Below, piece by piece: positions 30,604-40,061 of a stretch of DNA of 64,000 bases (the first letter of the stretch is position 1; every line of letters starts with the position of its first letter). This stretch comes from a virus. The stretch lies in the IMG/VR virus record IMGVR_UViG_3300008119_000006. The stretch is one strand, 5' to 3'. Under the pieces are notes generated by a model. It saw only the letters and a program-made list of their open reading frames with translations. It ran no database searches and had not been told where the DNA came from. The translations under genes and the position numbers were made by a program.

Positions 30604-31385
30604 AAACATTTAAACAATTTTTAGAAATTATATCTGAGAAAAATGTTCCAACAAGTCCAGAAAAATGGGCTAGAGCCAAGGCTGCTGCTAAATCCAAGTT
30701 TGCAGTATACCCATCAGCTTATGCAAACGGTTGGGCATCAAAAAAATACAAAGCAATGGGTGGTGGATGGAAATCTGTTAGTGAGAATCATGTCGCTATT
30801 GCCATGGGTAAAGAAATGGATGATGAAGGCAGTATGATTATGAATCAATTGGACCAAATGGAGCGTTCAATTAACATGATGCGAGATGTAGTTAAAGACG
30901 AAGATATGCAAATACCAGCTTGGGTTCAATCTAAGGTAACACTAGCTGCCGATTACATTGAAACCGCTGCTGGGTATATGTCTAGTAAAAACGAAGGAGT
31001 TGAATATCTCTTTGATGTTATTGAAGAGATGGTAGAAGCCGCAGCTCAAGAATACAATATAGATGCAGAATTACTTTGGGAAAGATTAGAATCAATAAGT
31101 GATGAAGAACTCATTGAAGAATCGGCCGCTTGGCAAAGAAAAGCAGGCAAAGATCCTAAAGGTGGTTTGAATCGTAAAGGTATTGCTTCTTATCGTAGAG
31201 AGAATCCAGGTTCAAAATTGTCTATGGCGGTGACAACACCACCATCAAAATTAAAGCCTGGTTCTAAAGCTGCTAATCGTAGAAAATCATTCTGTGCTCG
31301 TATGGGCGGTATGCAAGGTGCTATGAAAAAACCTAATGGTGAACCTACTCGTAAAGCCTTAGCATTAAGAAAGTGGAATTGTTAA
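30600..31385 (+). CDS. Multi-module putative head-packaged basic protein (DUF5872/DUF6321-like modules)
   Basis: KFAVYPSAYANGW..K.YK..GGGW and AAWQRKAGK...RRKSFCARM...RKWNC modules. Confidence 0.65.
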   Translation: MKTFKQFLEIISEKNVPTSPEKWARAKAAAKSKFAVYPSAYANGWASKKYKAMGGGWKSVSENHVAIAMGKEMDDEGSMIMNQLDQMERSINMMRDVVKDEDMQIPAWVQSKVTLAADYIETAAGYMSSKNEGVEYLFDVIEEMVEAAAQEYNIDAELLWERLESISDEELIEESAAWQRKAGKDPKGGLNRKGIASYRRENPGSKLSMAVTTPPSKLKPGSKAANRRKSFCARMGGMQGAMKKPNGEPTRKALALRKWNC

Positions 31386-31633
31386 TGAAATCATTTAAAG
31401 AATTAAGAGAAGCTTGTTGGACCGGTTATACAGCCCGAGGCTTAAAGAAAAAAGGTAATCGCATGGTACCTAATTGTGTACCAGTCAAAGAAGATGGCGT
31501 AGGTGGTATTGCTGTTTCTGGTCCAACTAATGTTACTGGTCCACAAAGTGGTACTGATCCTGTTTCTGCTACTGCTGTTGATATGAAGAAAAAGAAACGT
31601 TACGCAATGATTTCCAGGAAAGCACCTAATTGA
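31385..31633 (+). CDS. Small putative head-packaged protein
   Basis: MKSFKELRE; CWTGY...KKKG.RMVPNCVP module. Confidence 0.65.
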   Translation: MKSFKELREACWTGYTARGLKKKGNRMVPNCVPVKEDGVGGIAVSGPTNVTGPQSGTDPVSATAVDMKKKKRYAMISRKAPN

Positions 31634-31636
31634 TAT

Positions 31637-32107
31637 ATGTTTGATTGGCTTTTAATACTATTACCTATTTGGGTACCTGGAGCAATAATCATAACTGGTG
31701 TTGCCCTTTTTGTTCTTCTAAAGTTTACTACATTTATTCCTTTAATGTACAGACTACCAGCTAAAATTGTTGGTACAATATTATCGATAGTTTTATTTGC
31801 TGGAGGTTTTTATCTTCAAGGTCGACAAGATATACTAGTAAACGCAAAGGCAGAAATTGATAAAGTAGTAACTCAACAACAAGATATTACAAATAGTGTA
31901 TCCAATGATTTAAAAAAGCAACTAACTGAAACGAAAAGTAACAATGAAAAAATTATACAATCTATTAACACTAAAGATGACGCTTTGTGTAACTTGCCTA
32001 GTTCTTTTACAAGCGTGCTCAATCACGCCGCTAAAGATACCGTTCCCAACACCACCACAGGAACTAATGGAACCGGTACCAAACCTACTAACTCTACCGG
32101 AAGGTAA
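31637..32107 (+). CDS. Rz-like inner-membrane spanin
   Basis: N-terminal TMs, coiled coil, single Cys; overlaps a lipoprotein in another frame. Confidence 0.65.
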   Translation: MFDWLLILLPIWVPGAIIITGVALFVLLKFTTFIPLMYRLPAKIVGTILSIVLFAGGFYLQGRQDILVNAKAEIDKVVTQQQDITNSVSNDLKKQLTETKSNNEKIIQSINTKDDALCNLPSSFTSVLNHAAKDTVPNTTTGTNGTGTKPTNSTGR

Positions 32108-32228
32108 AGTAGAACTATCAACTGCTGAAACCATTATTGTTAAAAATTATGGTCTCTACCATGAATTGAAAGCCAAACATGAGGCATTTCAGAATTGGGC
32201 TAGACAGCAGAAAGCTTTAAACCCATGA
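31944..32228 (+). CDS. Rz1-like outer-membrane lipoprotein spanin
   Basis: LLQAC lipobox, Pro-rich PTPPQELMEP, overlapped within Rz. Confidence 0.7.
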   Translation: MKKLYNLLTLKMTLCVTCLVLLQACSITPLKIPFPTPPQELMEPVPNLLTLPEGKVELSTAETIIVKNYGLYHELKAKHEAFQNWARQQKALNP

Positions 32229-32572
32229 AAAAACTGTTAATTCTTTTATGCATGATACCTAATCTTGTATTTTCTCAAGAGGTAATGAACGAAACTCGCA
32301 CAATTTCTTGTGTAAACAAAGAGAACATATACAATCTCGTAGGTGAGTTTGATGAAATTCCGTTTATTCGTGCATTGAATTCTCTTGTGTTAGGTGTTCC
32401 AATTTTCAACTCACTGGTAATTTTTGTCAATTCAAAAACAGGATCATTTTCAGTTGTAGAAAAAGTAGAAGAACAAAAATATTGTATTTTGGCAGTAGGT
32501 GTTCGTTTTGAACCTATGCCAGCAGAAGCACTAAAAGAATATAATGAATTTGTTGAGAAGAAGAAACTATGA
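32225..32572 (+). CDS. Secreted hypothetical protein
   Basis: Signal peptide MKKLLILLCMIP. Confidence 0.6.
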   Translation: MKKLLILLCMIPNLVFSQEVMNETRTISCVNKENIYNLVGEFDEIPFIRALNSLVLGVPIFNSLVIFVNSKTGSFSVVEKVEEQKYCILAVGVRFEPMPAEALKEYNEFVEKKKL

Positions 32573-32946
32573 AAAAATTATTAGTTATTTTATCTGTTAG
32601 TTTAATAACAGGATGTTCAACACTACAAGATTTGTGGGTAGCCAGTTATGACACCAATGAATATGCTTTGGTTAATAAGATTAGAACTATTGCTCAAACA
32701 TCAAAAATTTGTGATGAATCTACTGTAAAGAATTTATATCTCACCACGGTAGAATTAAAAAACTTCAGCCAGTATCTTCCAAGAAATCGACAGAATAATG
32801 AGTTAAATGCTGATTTATTAAGACTAGTTACAGAATTATACGATAAAGAACCGCCTATAGGTCAAGTTTACTGCAAGGCAAAACTAAATATCATAGAGAA
32901 AACGGCAGAACGAATTCAACAAGTTACCGGGAGTAAACCCAAATGA
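32569..32946 (+). CDS. Lipoprotein
   Basis: MKKLLVILSVSLITGC lipobox. Confidence 0.7.
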   Translation: MKKLLVILSVSLITGCSTLQDLWVASYDTNEYALVNKIRTIAQTSKICDESTVKNLYLTTVELKNFSQYLPRNRQNNELNADLLRLVTELYDKEPPIGQVYCKAKLNIIEKTAERIQQVTGSKPK

Positions 32947-33152
32947 ATGACTTATTACAAGTATCACAATTAGCACAATCATATCAACAACAATACGAGT
33001 TAGGTCAGCTTTCTGCAGCCGATTTTAAAGAATTGATTAATGATTTAAACATTGTTGGAAAAATAAACGAAAATGCAGCGGCCTTACAGAGAAATCAAGA
33101 CATTTATAAAACATTAGTTACTGCAGTTGAATTGGCCGGAGCCATAGCATAA
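32943..33152 (+). CDS. Hypothetical protein
   Basis: Coupled ORF in lysis cassette. Confidence 0.6.
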   Translation: MNDLLQVSQLAQSYQQQYELGQLSAADFKELINDLNIVGKINENAAALQRNQDIYKTLVTAVELAGAIA

Positions 33153-33739
33153 TGGAATTAACCAAAGAACAATTAAAGCAATTACTGCCAAATAACCCAT
33201 ATATTGACCAATGGTATGAGGCTCTCTCACAATTGTTGGCTTTCATTGCTCAATGTGCTCATGAATCTGGTGGGTTCACAGCTCTCAAAGAAAATTTGAA
33301 TTACAAGGCTGCCACATTACGCAAGATATTTGGTAAGTATTTCCCTAATGATGAGATTGCCAATCAATACGCAAGCCTTCCAAACAAACAGGAAGCGATT
33401 GCCAATAAGGTCTACGCTAATCGTATGGGTAATGGAGATGAAGCGTCTGGTGATGGTTTCCGTTACTGTGGTCGTGGTCTAATTCAACTGACCGGTAAGA
33501 GTAATTACCAATCGTTTGCAGATAGTCTGGAAATGAATGTTGAAGATGTGCCAGAATATCTACAAACATTTGAAGGTGCTGCACAATCAGCTTGCTGGTT
33601 TTGGGAATCAAATAATCTCAATCAATGGGCTGATAAAGAAGATATCTTAACATTAACTAAACGTATCAATGGTGGTACGATTGGACTTGATGATAGAATT
33701 AAACATTATGAACACGCTAAACATATTTTGGGGGCATAA
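33152..33739 (+). CDS. Glycoside hydrolase family 19 endolysin
   Basis: AFIAQCAHESG, ENLNY, YANRMGNG, GRGLIQLTG..NY, TKRINGG..GL.DR. Confidence 0.92.
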   Translation: MELTKEQLKQLLPNNPYIDQWYEALSQLLAFIAQCAHESGGFTALKENLNYKAATLRKIFGKYFPNDEIANQYASLPNKQEAIANKVYANRMGNGDEASGDGFRYCGRGLIQLTGKSNYQSFADSLEMNVEDVPEYLQTFEGAAQSACWFWESNNLNQWADKEDILTLTKRINGGTIGLDDRIKHYEHAKHILGA

Positions 33740-34125
33740 TGGCAGAAGATTGGATGCAAAAGCGCTGGCGTCCTGCCATGGGTTGGATGTATATGGTTGT
33801 CTGTATGTTTGATATGGTTATATTTCCTGTTTTATGGAGTATACTTCAAGCTGTAAATCATGGTCAGGTACACAACCAATGGCAACCACTAACATTACAA
33901 GGTGCAGGATTATTTCACCTTGCTATGGGTGCAGTTCTTGGTATTGCTGCTTTTGGTAGAACACAAGAGAAAGTGGCTAGTACTACTGCAAACAATATGC
34001 AGACGCCTGTACCAAGTTTTAGTGGTGTAACATCTCCTGCTTTTGTTGCAACACCACCTACACCAACGCCAACAACCATGGGTGGAAAATTTGCTCCACC
34101 ACCAGCATCACAACCTGAACTATAA
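33739..34125 (+). CDS. Putative holin (3TM-holin-like)
   Basis: WRPAMGW, TM segments, LGI...GRTQEK; adjacent to endolysin. Confidence 0.65.
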   Translation: MAEDWMQKRWRPAMGWMYMVVCMFDMVIFPVLWSILQAVNHGQVHNQWQPLTLQGAGLFHLAMGAVLGIAAFGRTQEKVASTTANNMQTPVPSFSGVTSPAFVATPPTPTPTTMGGKFAPPPASQPEL

Positions 34126-34133
34126 GGACAATC

Positions 34134-34253
34134 ATGTTAGATACAATTTTTTGGATTGCAATCGGCGCATTTGTAGGTTGGAATTTTCCACAACCATTTT
34201 GGGCTAAAGCAATTCAAGCAAAAATCCAGGCTATGATAACCAAAGGAAAATAA
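34134..34253 (+). CDS. Small membrane peptide (39 aa)
   Basis: AAGGA RBS; MLDTIFWIAIGAFVGWNFPQPFWAK. Confidence 0.6.
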   Translation: MLDTIFWIAIGAFVGWNFPQPFWAKAIQAKIQAMITKGK

Positions 34254-34254
34254 A

Positions 34255-34431
34255 ATGAAACAGTTATTAATTTCATTGGGTTTAGTGTTTTGTTTTTCAC
34301 AAGTTTCTTATGCTGAAGCCGTGGTAAAGAAAGTCTGCCGTGTAGATGAAAAAACCAAAAAGGAAGTGTGTAAGAATGTTAAAACACACAAGAAACTAGA
34401 AGGTACAAAAGTACCAGATAAGAAGAAATAA
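34255..34431 (+). CDS. Small secreted basic protein (58 aa)
   Basis: Signal peptide plus KKVC...EVCK. Confidence 0.55.
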   Translation: MKQLLISLGLVFCFSQVSYAEAVVKKVCRVDEKTKKEVCKNVKTHKKLEGTKVPDKKK

Positions 34432-34432
34432 A

Positions 34433-34852
34433 ATGGCAGACGATATCTCAGAAATCAAAGTTGATGTTGGTGTTTTAAAGACACAAGTATTGACTTTATC
34501 TGCTCTTTGTAATAAAATGGATCAGGTCATAGAAAAACTGGTGGATCAACACGACCGCCATATTGCAAAGGTTTACACAAACATGGATAATCGTAGACTA
34601 GAAACGGAAGCCGATATCAAAGAGATACATCAGCGAATAGATACCGTTTTGGACAAAATGGAAACTTCCAACAAAGAAATTATGGAAGAATTCAAATCTC
34701 TCCGTAAAGATATGAGTGACCATAACAAACAAGAGAAGGATGCTCTAGATGCCTTACTCAAATGGAAGTGGATGTTAGCCGGTGGTATTATTGCTATCTC
34801 ATGGTTGATTTCACACGTAAATCCTGATACAATAGTCAAGTTTATTAAATAA
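34433..34852 (+). CDS. Coiled-coil protein with C-terminal TM
   Basis: Heptad repeats, KWKWMLAGGII. Confidence 0.65.
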   Translation: MADDISEIKVDVGVLKTQVLTLSALCNKMDQVIEKLVDQHDRHIAKVYTNMDNRRLETEADIKEIHQRIDTVLDKMETSNKEIMEEFKSLRKDMSDHNKQEKDALDALLKWKWMLAGGIIAISWLISHVNPDTIVKFIK

Positions 34853-34870
34853 TTAATTGGTTTCTATATT

Positions 34871-35887
34871 ATGAGTGTTTTTATTGACAGGACTTTCCTG
34901 TTGCGCATGTCACCTAAGTTGCCAAGGTTCGCCAAGAAAAAAGACGACCTCTATAACTTCAGGTGTCCTTTGTGTGGCGATTCCCAAAAGAATAAAACTA
35001 AATCCCGTGGTTTTGTATACCGCAAACAAAATGACTATTTTTATATGTGTCATAATTGTGGCGTATCAACTACATTTTATAATTTTTTAAAATTAGTAGA
35101 CGAAAGCCTAGTAAAAGAGTATCAACTTGAAAGATATAAAAATGGAGAAACAGGAAACAACAACTATCCCAAGCCTGACTTTGAAGATTTCAAGACAGAG
35201 AAACCGTCATTTAAGAAAGCGTTGGAACTTCCATCAATCGACAGTTTACCAGAGGCGCATTTTGCTAAGGGCTATGTTCATGACAGACGGATTCCAAAGA
35301 CCTTTCACTCGCAACTATACTATGCGGAAGATTTCGCAGCCTTCATACAAAGTCTTGGGATTGAGAACACAAACCTTAAAGAGAAAGACCGCCGGCTCGT
35401 CATACCGTTTTATGATAAAGAAAAGAACTTGGTCGCACTTCAGGGGCGAGCGTTAGGCGAATCCAAGCTTAGATACATAACATTGAAGCTACATGATGAT
35501 AATAAAAAAGTGTTTGGCATGGATAGAGCTAACACAGAGTTAATGGTTTATGTTACTGAAGGTCCAATTGATTCAATGTTTTTAGATAACGCAATAGCAA
35601 CAGCAGACTCCAATTTAGAATCGGTCACCGATTGCGTGGACAAGTCCAATGTGGTTCTGGTGTTCGATAATGAACCTCGTAACAAAGAAATAGTCGCAAA
35701 GATGGAACACGCCATAGATAACCATTTTAATGTTGTTATATGGCCAGAATATATTAAAGAAAAAGATATTAACGATATGGTGTTGGACTCTGATTTTTCA
35801 TTGGATGAAATTCAAGATATTGTAAATAAAAATACCTTCATAAATCTTAGAGCAAAGATGGAATTCGTGAATTGGAAGAAAGTTTAG
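34871..35887 (+). CDS. 61: DNA primase (T4 gp61)
   Basis: CPLCGDS...CHNCG Zn ribbon, QGR, EGPIDS and DNEPRN TOPRIM motifs. Confidence 0.96.
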   Translation: MSVFIDRTFLLRMSPKLPRFAKKKDDLYNFRCPLCGDSQKNKTKSRGFVYRKQNDYFYMCHNCGVSTTFYNFLKLVDESLVKEYQLERYKNGETGNNNYPKPDFEDFKTEKPSFKKALELPSIDSLPEAHFAKGYVHDRRIPKTFHSQLYYAEDFAAFIQSLGIENTNLKEKDRRLVIPFYDKEKNLVALQGRALGESKLRYITLKLHDDNKKVFGMDRANTELMVYVTEGPIDSMFLDNAIATADSNLESVTDCVDKSNVVLVFDNEPRNKEIVAKMEHAIDNHFNVVIWPEYIKEKDINDMVLDSDFSLDEIQDIVNKNTFINLRAKMEFVNWKKV

Positions 35888-35940
35888 CATATCACATCAG
35901 ATTTAGAATTAAATTCAACAACAATAACAACAAGGTGAAT

Positions 35941-37731
35941 ATGGAATATCTAGGAATTAAAATTGATTTAGAAAAAGATAAACTTTTTGACGAATTAGGC
36001 ATCAAACGATTAAAAGAAAGTTACATGAGGGAAGATGAAGAAAGTCCACAACACCGATTCGCCTTTGTATCAAAAACCTTTGGGAGCAATCCAGACCATG
36101 CACAAAGATTATATGAATACAGCAGTAAGCATTGGCTCAGTTATTCTACTCCCATTCTCAGTTTTGGTCGTAGTAAGCGTGGGATGCCTATATCATGTTT
36201 CCTTAATTATATTGAAGATACTGCAGAGGGATTAGTTGATAATCTATCAGAAACTAATTGGCTGTCTATGTTGGGTGGCGGAGTCGGTATCGGCTTTGGT
36301 ATTCGTTCTGCTGATGACAAGTCTACAGGTGTTATGCCACATCTCAAAATTTATGATGCGAGTTCTTTGGCATATCGGCAAGGCCGTACTCGCAGGGGTT
36401 CGTATGCTGCTTACTTAGATATAAGTCATCCAGATATTATATCTTTCCTCGAAATGCGAAAGCCGACAGGCGACCAAAATCAACGTTGTTTGAACTTACA
36501 CCATGGTATTAATATCACCGATGAGTTCATGCACATCATTGAACAATCTATGTTGGATCCCGAATTTGATGATTCTTGGAAGTTAGTTGATCCAGCATCA
36601 AACGAAGTTCGTGAAACTGTATCAGCGAAAATGTTATGGCAAATGATTCTCGAATTGCGTATGCACACAGGTGAACCATACATTCATTACATCGATACAA
36701 GCAACAATAAATTACCACAACACTTAAAAGATTTGGGATTAAAAGTACATCAATCAAATCTTTGTTCTGAAATTATTTTACCCACCAATGAACAGCGAAC
36801 AGCAGTATGTTGTTTATCGAGTTTAAATTTGGAGACATATGATGAATGGAAAGATAACAAACTATTTCTTAAAGACGTTGCTGAGATGCTTGATAACGTG
36901 CTCAATTACTTCATTGATAATGCTCCTGACAGTATCAGTCGTGCTAGATACTCCGCTCAACGAGAGCGCTCTATTGGCATTGGTGCTCTCGGGTTTCATG
37001 CTTATCTACAGCGTAACGGAATCGCTTTTGAAGGTGTTATGGCCAAAGTTGCCAACAACCGTATTTTCAAATCTATTCGAGAGGGACTAGATGTTGCGAA
37101 TAAAGAACTTGGACTGGAAAGAGGTGAGGCTCCTGATGCGGTGGGAACTGGCAATCGTTTTAGTCACCTTATGGCTATTGCACCAAACGCATCCTCTTCA
37201 ATTATCATGGGTAATACTAGCCCTAGCATTGAGCCTTACCGTGCTAACGCTTATCGACAAGATACTCTTTCGGGATCCTTCTTAAATAAGAATCGTTGGT
37301 TAAATGAATTAATTACTAAACTATCACATGATAAATCGGCCGAATGGTACGATGATGTTTGGTCATCCATTATTGCTAATGATGGTTCTGTTCAACATTT
37401 GGATTGGATGTCACAACACGATAAAGATGTATTTAAAACATCCATGGAAATTGACCAACGATGGGTTATTGAATTGGCTGGTGATAGACAACAATATATT
37501 GACCAAGCACAATCACTAAATCTATTCTTTAGGCCAGATGCACACATTAAATATATTCACGCCATTCATTTTATGGCATGGAAAAAAGGACTGAAAACAC
37601 TTTACTACTGCCGTTCTGAAAAGATTGGTAAGGCAGATAAAGTATCTAAGAAGATTGAGAGAAATGTTATCAAAGAGCTAGATATGACACAAATTGCTCA
37701 AGGTAACGATTGTATAGCTTGCGAAGGATAA
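35941..37731 (+). CDS. nrdA: Ribonucleotide reductase class I alpha subunit (no ATP cone)
   Basis: PISCF, SNLCSEI, AVCCL, IAPNASSS, DQAQS, TLYY, C-terminal CIACEG. Confidence 0.96.
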   Translation: MEYLGIKIDLEKDKLFDELGIKRLKESYMREDEESPQHRFAFVSKTFGSNPDHAQRLYEYSSKHWLSYSTPILSFGRSKRGMPISCFLNYIEDTAEGLVDNLSETNWLSMLGGGVGIGFGIRSADDKSTGVMPHLKIYDASSLAYRQGRTRRGSYAAYLDISHPDIISFLEMRKPTGDQNQRCLNLHHGINITDEFMHIIEQSMLDPEFDDSWKLVDPASNEVRETVSAKMLWQMILELRMHTGEPYIHYIDTSNNKLPQHLKDLGLKVHQSNLCSEIILPTNEQRTAVCCLSSLNLETYDEWKDNKLFLKDVAEMLDNVLNYFIDNAPDSISRARYSAQRERSIGIGALGFHAYLQRNGIAFEGVMAKVANNRIFKSIREGLDVANKELGLERGEAPDAVGTGNRFSHLMAIAPNASSSIIMGNTSPSIEPYRANAYRQDTLSGSFLNKNRWLNELITKLSHDKSAEWYDDVWSSIIANDGSVQHLDWMSQHDKDVFKTSMEIDQRWVIELAGDRQQYIDQAQSLNLFFRPDAHIKYIHAIHFMAWKKGLKTLYYCRSEKIGKADKVSKKIERNVIKELDMTQIAQGNDCIACEG

Positions 37732-38115
37732 ATGGCATATTCAGAAAAAGTATTGGATCACTATGAGAATCCAAGAAATGTAGGTAAGATAGAAATAGAT
37801 GATACCGTAGGTACTGGTATGGTCGGTGCTCCTGCTTGTGGTGATGTGATGAAATTACAAATTAAGGTAATTGATGGTATCATCACAGATGCTAAATTTA
37901 AAACGTATGGTTGTGGTTCTGCTATTGCTAGTAGTTCACTTGTTACCGAATGGGTTAAAGGCAAAACACTTGAACAAGCTGGTCAAATTAAAAACTCCCA
38001 AATTGCTGAAGAGTTGGCTTTACCTCCCGTTAAAATACATTGTTCAATTCTTGCGGAAGATGCGATTAAAGCAGCAATAAAAGATTACGAACTTAAATGT
38101 TCATGTAAGGTATAA
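37732..38115 (+). CDS. iscU: Fe-S cluster scaffold IscU
   Basis: DHYENPRNVG, APACGD, YGCGSAIAS, LPPVKIHCS. Confidence 0.96.
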   Translation: MAYSEKVLDHYENPRNVGKIEIDDTVGTGMVGAPACGDVMKLQIKVIDGIITDAKFKTYGCGSAIASSSLVTEWVKGKTLEQAGQIKNSQIAEELALPPVKIHCSILAEDAIKAAIKDYELKCSCKV

Positions 38116-38116
38116 A

Positions 38117-38440
38117 ATGGTTAAAGTAACCGATAATGCATTTAGTAAAATAAAAGATTTGATTGTAGAAGAAAAGAATCCTAATATGGCATTAAGAATG
38201 TCTGTAAAAGGTGGAGGTTGTTCGGGGTTTCAATATGAGTTTAGTTTTGATGAAACCCAAGAAGAAGATGATTTTGTGATTGAAAAAGATGATGTTAAAG
38301 TATTTGTTGATTCTATGTCAGCACAATATTTAATGGAAGCAACATTAGATTATAAAGAAGAAAAATTTAATTCACAATTTGTTATAACAAACCCCGAAGT
38401 TAAAGGTACCTGCGGTTGCGGTTCCTCATTTAACATATAG
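38117..38440 (+). CDS. erpA: A-type Fe-S carrier (ErpA/IscA family)
   Basis: GGGCSGFQY and TCGCGSSF. Confidence 0.92.
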   Translation: MVKVTDNAFSKIKDLIVEEKNPNMALRMSVKGGGCSGFQYEFSFDETQEEDDFVIEKDDVKVFVDSMSAQYLMEATLDYKEEKFNSQFVITNPEVKGTCGCGSSFNI

Positions 38441-38451
38441 TAGAGAGAAGA

Positions 38452-39438
38452 ATGATTAAGAAAACAGAATCAAGGATGACCGATGAACGTTCATATTTTA
38501 AACCTTTTAATTATGCTTGGGCTTATGATGCATGGCTTAAGCATGAGCAATCTCACTGGTTACACTCTGAAGTACCAATGCTCGAAGATGTTAAAGATTG
38601 GAAGAAAAAACTCACCAAAGAAGAAAAACAATTTCTCACACACATCTTCCGATTCTTTACCCAAGGAGACATTGACGTTGCTGGCGGTTATGTTAATAAT
38701 TATCTGCCTTATTTCCCTCAGCCTGAAATACGAATGATGTTGTTGGGCTTTGCTGCTCGTGAAGCACTTCATGTGGCCGCATATTCACATTTGATTGAAA
38801 CTCTTGGTTTACCAGAAACAACATACAATGAGTTTATGGAATATGCCGAGATGAAAGAGAAGCATGATTATGTATTGAATATTGCTGAACAAAATACAAC
38901 CAAAGAAAACACAGCAGCACACATTGCTACATTCTCTGCCTTCACCGAAGGTATGCAATTGTTCTCATCATTTATTATGTTGTTGAACTTCCCACGCCAC
39001 GGTAAGATGAAAGGTATGGGTCAAATTGTTACTTGGTCTATTGTTGACGAAACTCAACACACCGAGAATATGATTAAATTATTCCGCACATACATAGAAG
39101 AAAATCGTGAAATTTGGAACGATGAACTAAAAGGTCGTTTATATACCATTGCTGAACGCATGGTAGAATTAGAAGATAAGTTTATTGACTTGGCTTTTCA
39201 AATGGGGCCAATGGAAGATTTAACAGCAGAAGATGTTAAGAAGTATATTCGTTATATTGCCGACCGAAGATTAATTTCTTTGGGACTCAAAGGCCAGTTT
39301 AAAGTGAAAAGAAATCCACTACCATGGGTAGAAGAAATGATTAATGCACCAACACACACAAATTTCTTTGAGAACAGAGCAACCGATTATGCTAAAGGTT
39401 CTTTATCAGGAGATTGGGGTGATGTTTGGGCTCACTAA
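38452..39438 (+). CDS. nrdB: Ribonucleotide reductase beta subunit
   Basis: FFTQGD, REALH..AY, TEGMQLF, DETQH, NFFE. Confidence 0.96.
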   Translation: MIKKTESRMTDERSYFKPFNYAWAYDAWLKHEQSHWLHSEVPMLEDVKDWKKKLTKEEKQFLTHIFRFFTQGDIDVAGGYVNNYLPYFPQPEIRMMLLGFAAREALHVAAYSHLIETLGLPETTYNEFMEYAEMKEKHDYVLNIAEQNTTKENTAAHIATFSAFTEGMQLFSSFIMLLNFPRHGKMKGMGQIVTWSIVDETQHTENMIKLFRTYIEENREIWNDELKGRLYTIAERMVELEDKFIDLAFQMGPMEDLTAEDVKKYIRYIADRRLISLGLKGQFKVKRNPLPWVEEMINAPTHTNFFENRATDYAKGSLSGDWGDVWAH

Positions 39439-39447
39439 AGGTTCAAC

Positions 39448-39633
39448 ATGACACAAAAACAACTATCAGGAGAATGCTTAAGTTGTGAATCAACTTATAG
39501 CGTAGCGTTTATGGAAGAAATGGTTTCCCAAGATTTACCAGAACATTGCCCATTCTGTGGTGAACAAATCGAAGAATTATCCGAGGACTATATAGAGGAT
39601 GATGACGATTTGGATAATGGAGAATGGGACTAA
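39448..39633 (+). CDS. Small Zn-ribbon protein with acidic tail
   Basis: CLSC...CPFCG. Confidence 0.7.
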   Translation: MTQKQLSGECLSCESTYSVAFMEEMVSQDLPEHCPFCGEQIEELSEDYIEDDDDLDNGEWD

Positions 39634-40061
39634 ACTGGCAATATAATAATACTGATTTTACGGAAGACTTGATTGGTAATAATTACGGATTCGTTTATTT
39701 AATTACAAATACCACGAATAACAAAAAATACATAGGTAAGAAATTCTTTTATTCTTCCAAAACCAAACAAGTCAAAGGTAAGAAAAAACGGTATAAAGCA
39801 TCAAGTGGATGGCAAACTTACTATGGAAGTAGTGCCGAACTGGCTAAAGATGTGTTACTATTGGGACATGAATCATTCACCCGTGAAATCTTACATCTTT
39901 GCCAGTCCAAAGGCGAATGTGGTTATCTCGAAGCAAAAGAGCAATTTATCCGTGGGGTCATGGAAACAGATGATTACTACAATTCATGGATAATGGTAAG
40001 AGTAAGAAAATCACACATCAAGGATTACAATGTTAGACTATCTCAAAAAACTCAAGGATGA
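39624..40061 (+). CDS. GIY-YIG-like nuclease
   Basis: GFVYLITN...KKYIGKK, YYGSS, F.REIL, YN. Confidence 0.75.
   Translation: MGLNWQYNNTDFTEDLIGNNYGFVYLITNTTNNKKYIGKKFFYSSKTKQVKGKKKRYKASSGWQTYYGSSAELAKDVLLLGHESFTREILHLCQSKGECGYLEAKEQFIRGVMETDDYYNSWIMVRVRKSHIKDYNVRLSQKTQG

Noticed and set aside
3100-39438. Introns or inteins in gp43, gp41, uvsX, nrdA, nrdB
   Set aside because: All are continuous and of normal length; no intein C-terminal HN/C or LAGLIDADG motifs seen.
39624-40061. Mobile homing endonuclease
   Set aside because: Single short GIY-YIG-like domain without DNA-binding repeats, in a core-gene position; not called a mobile element.
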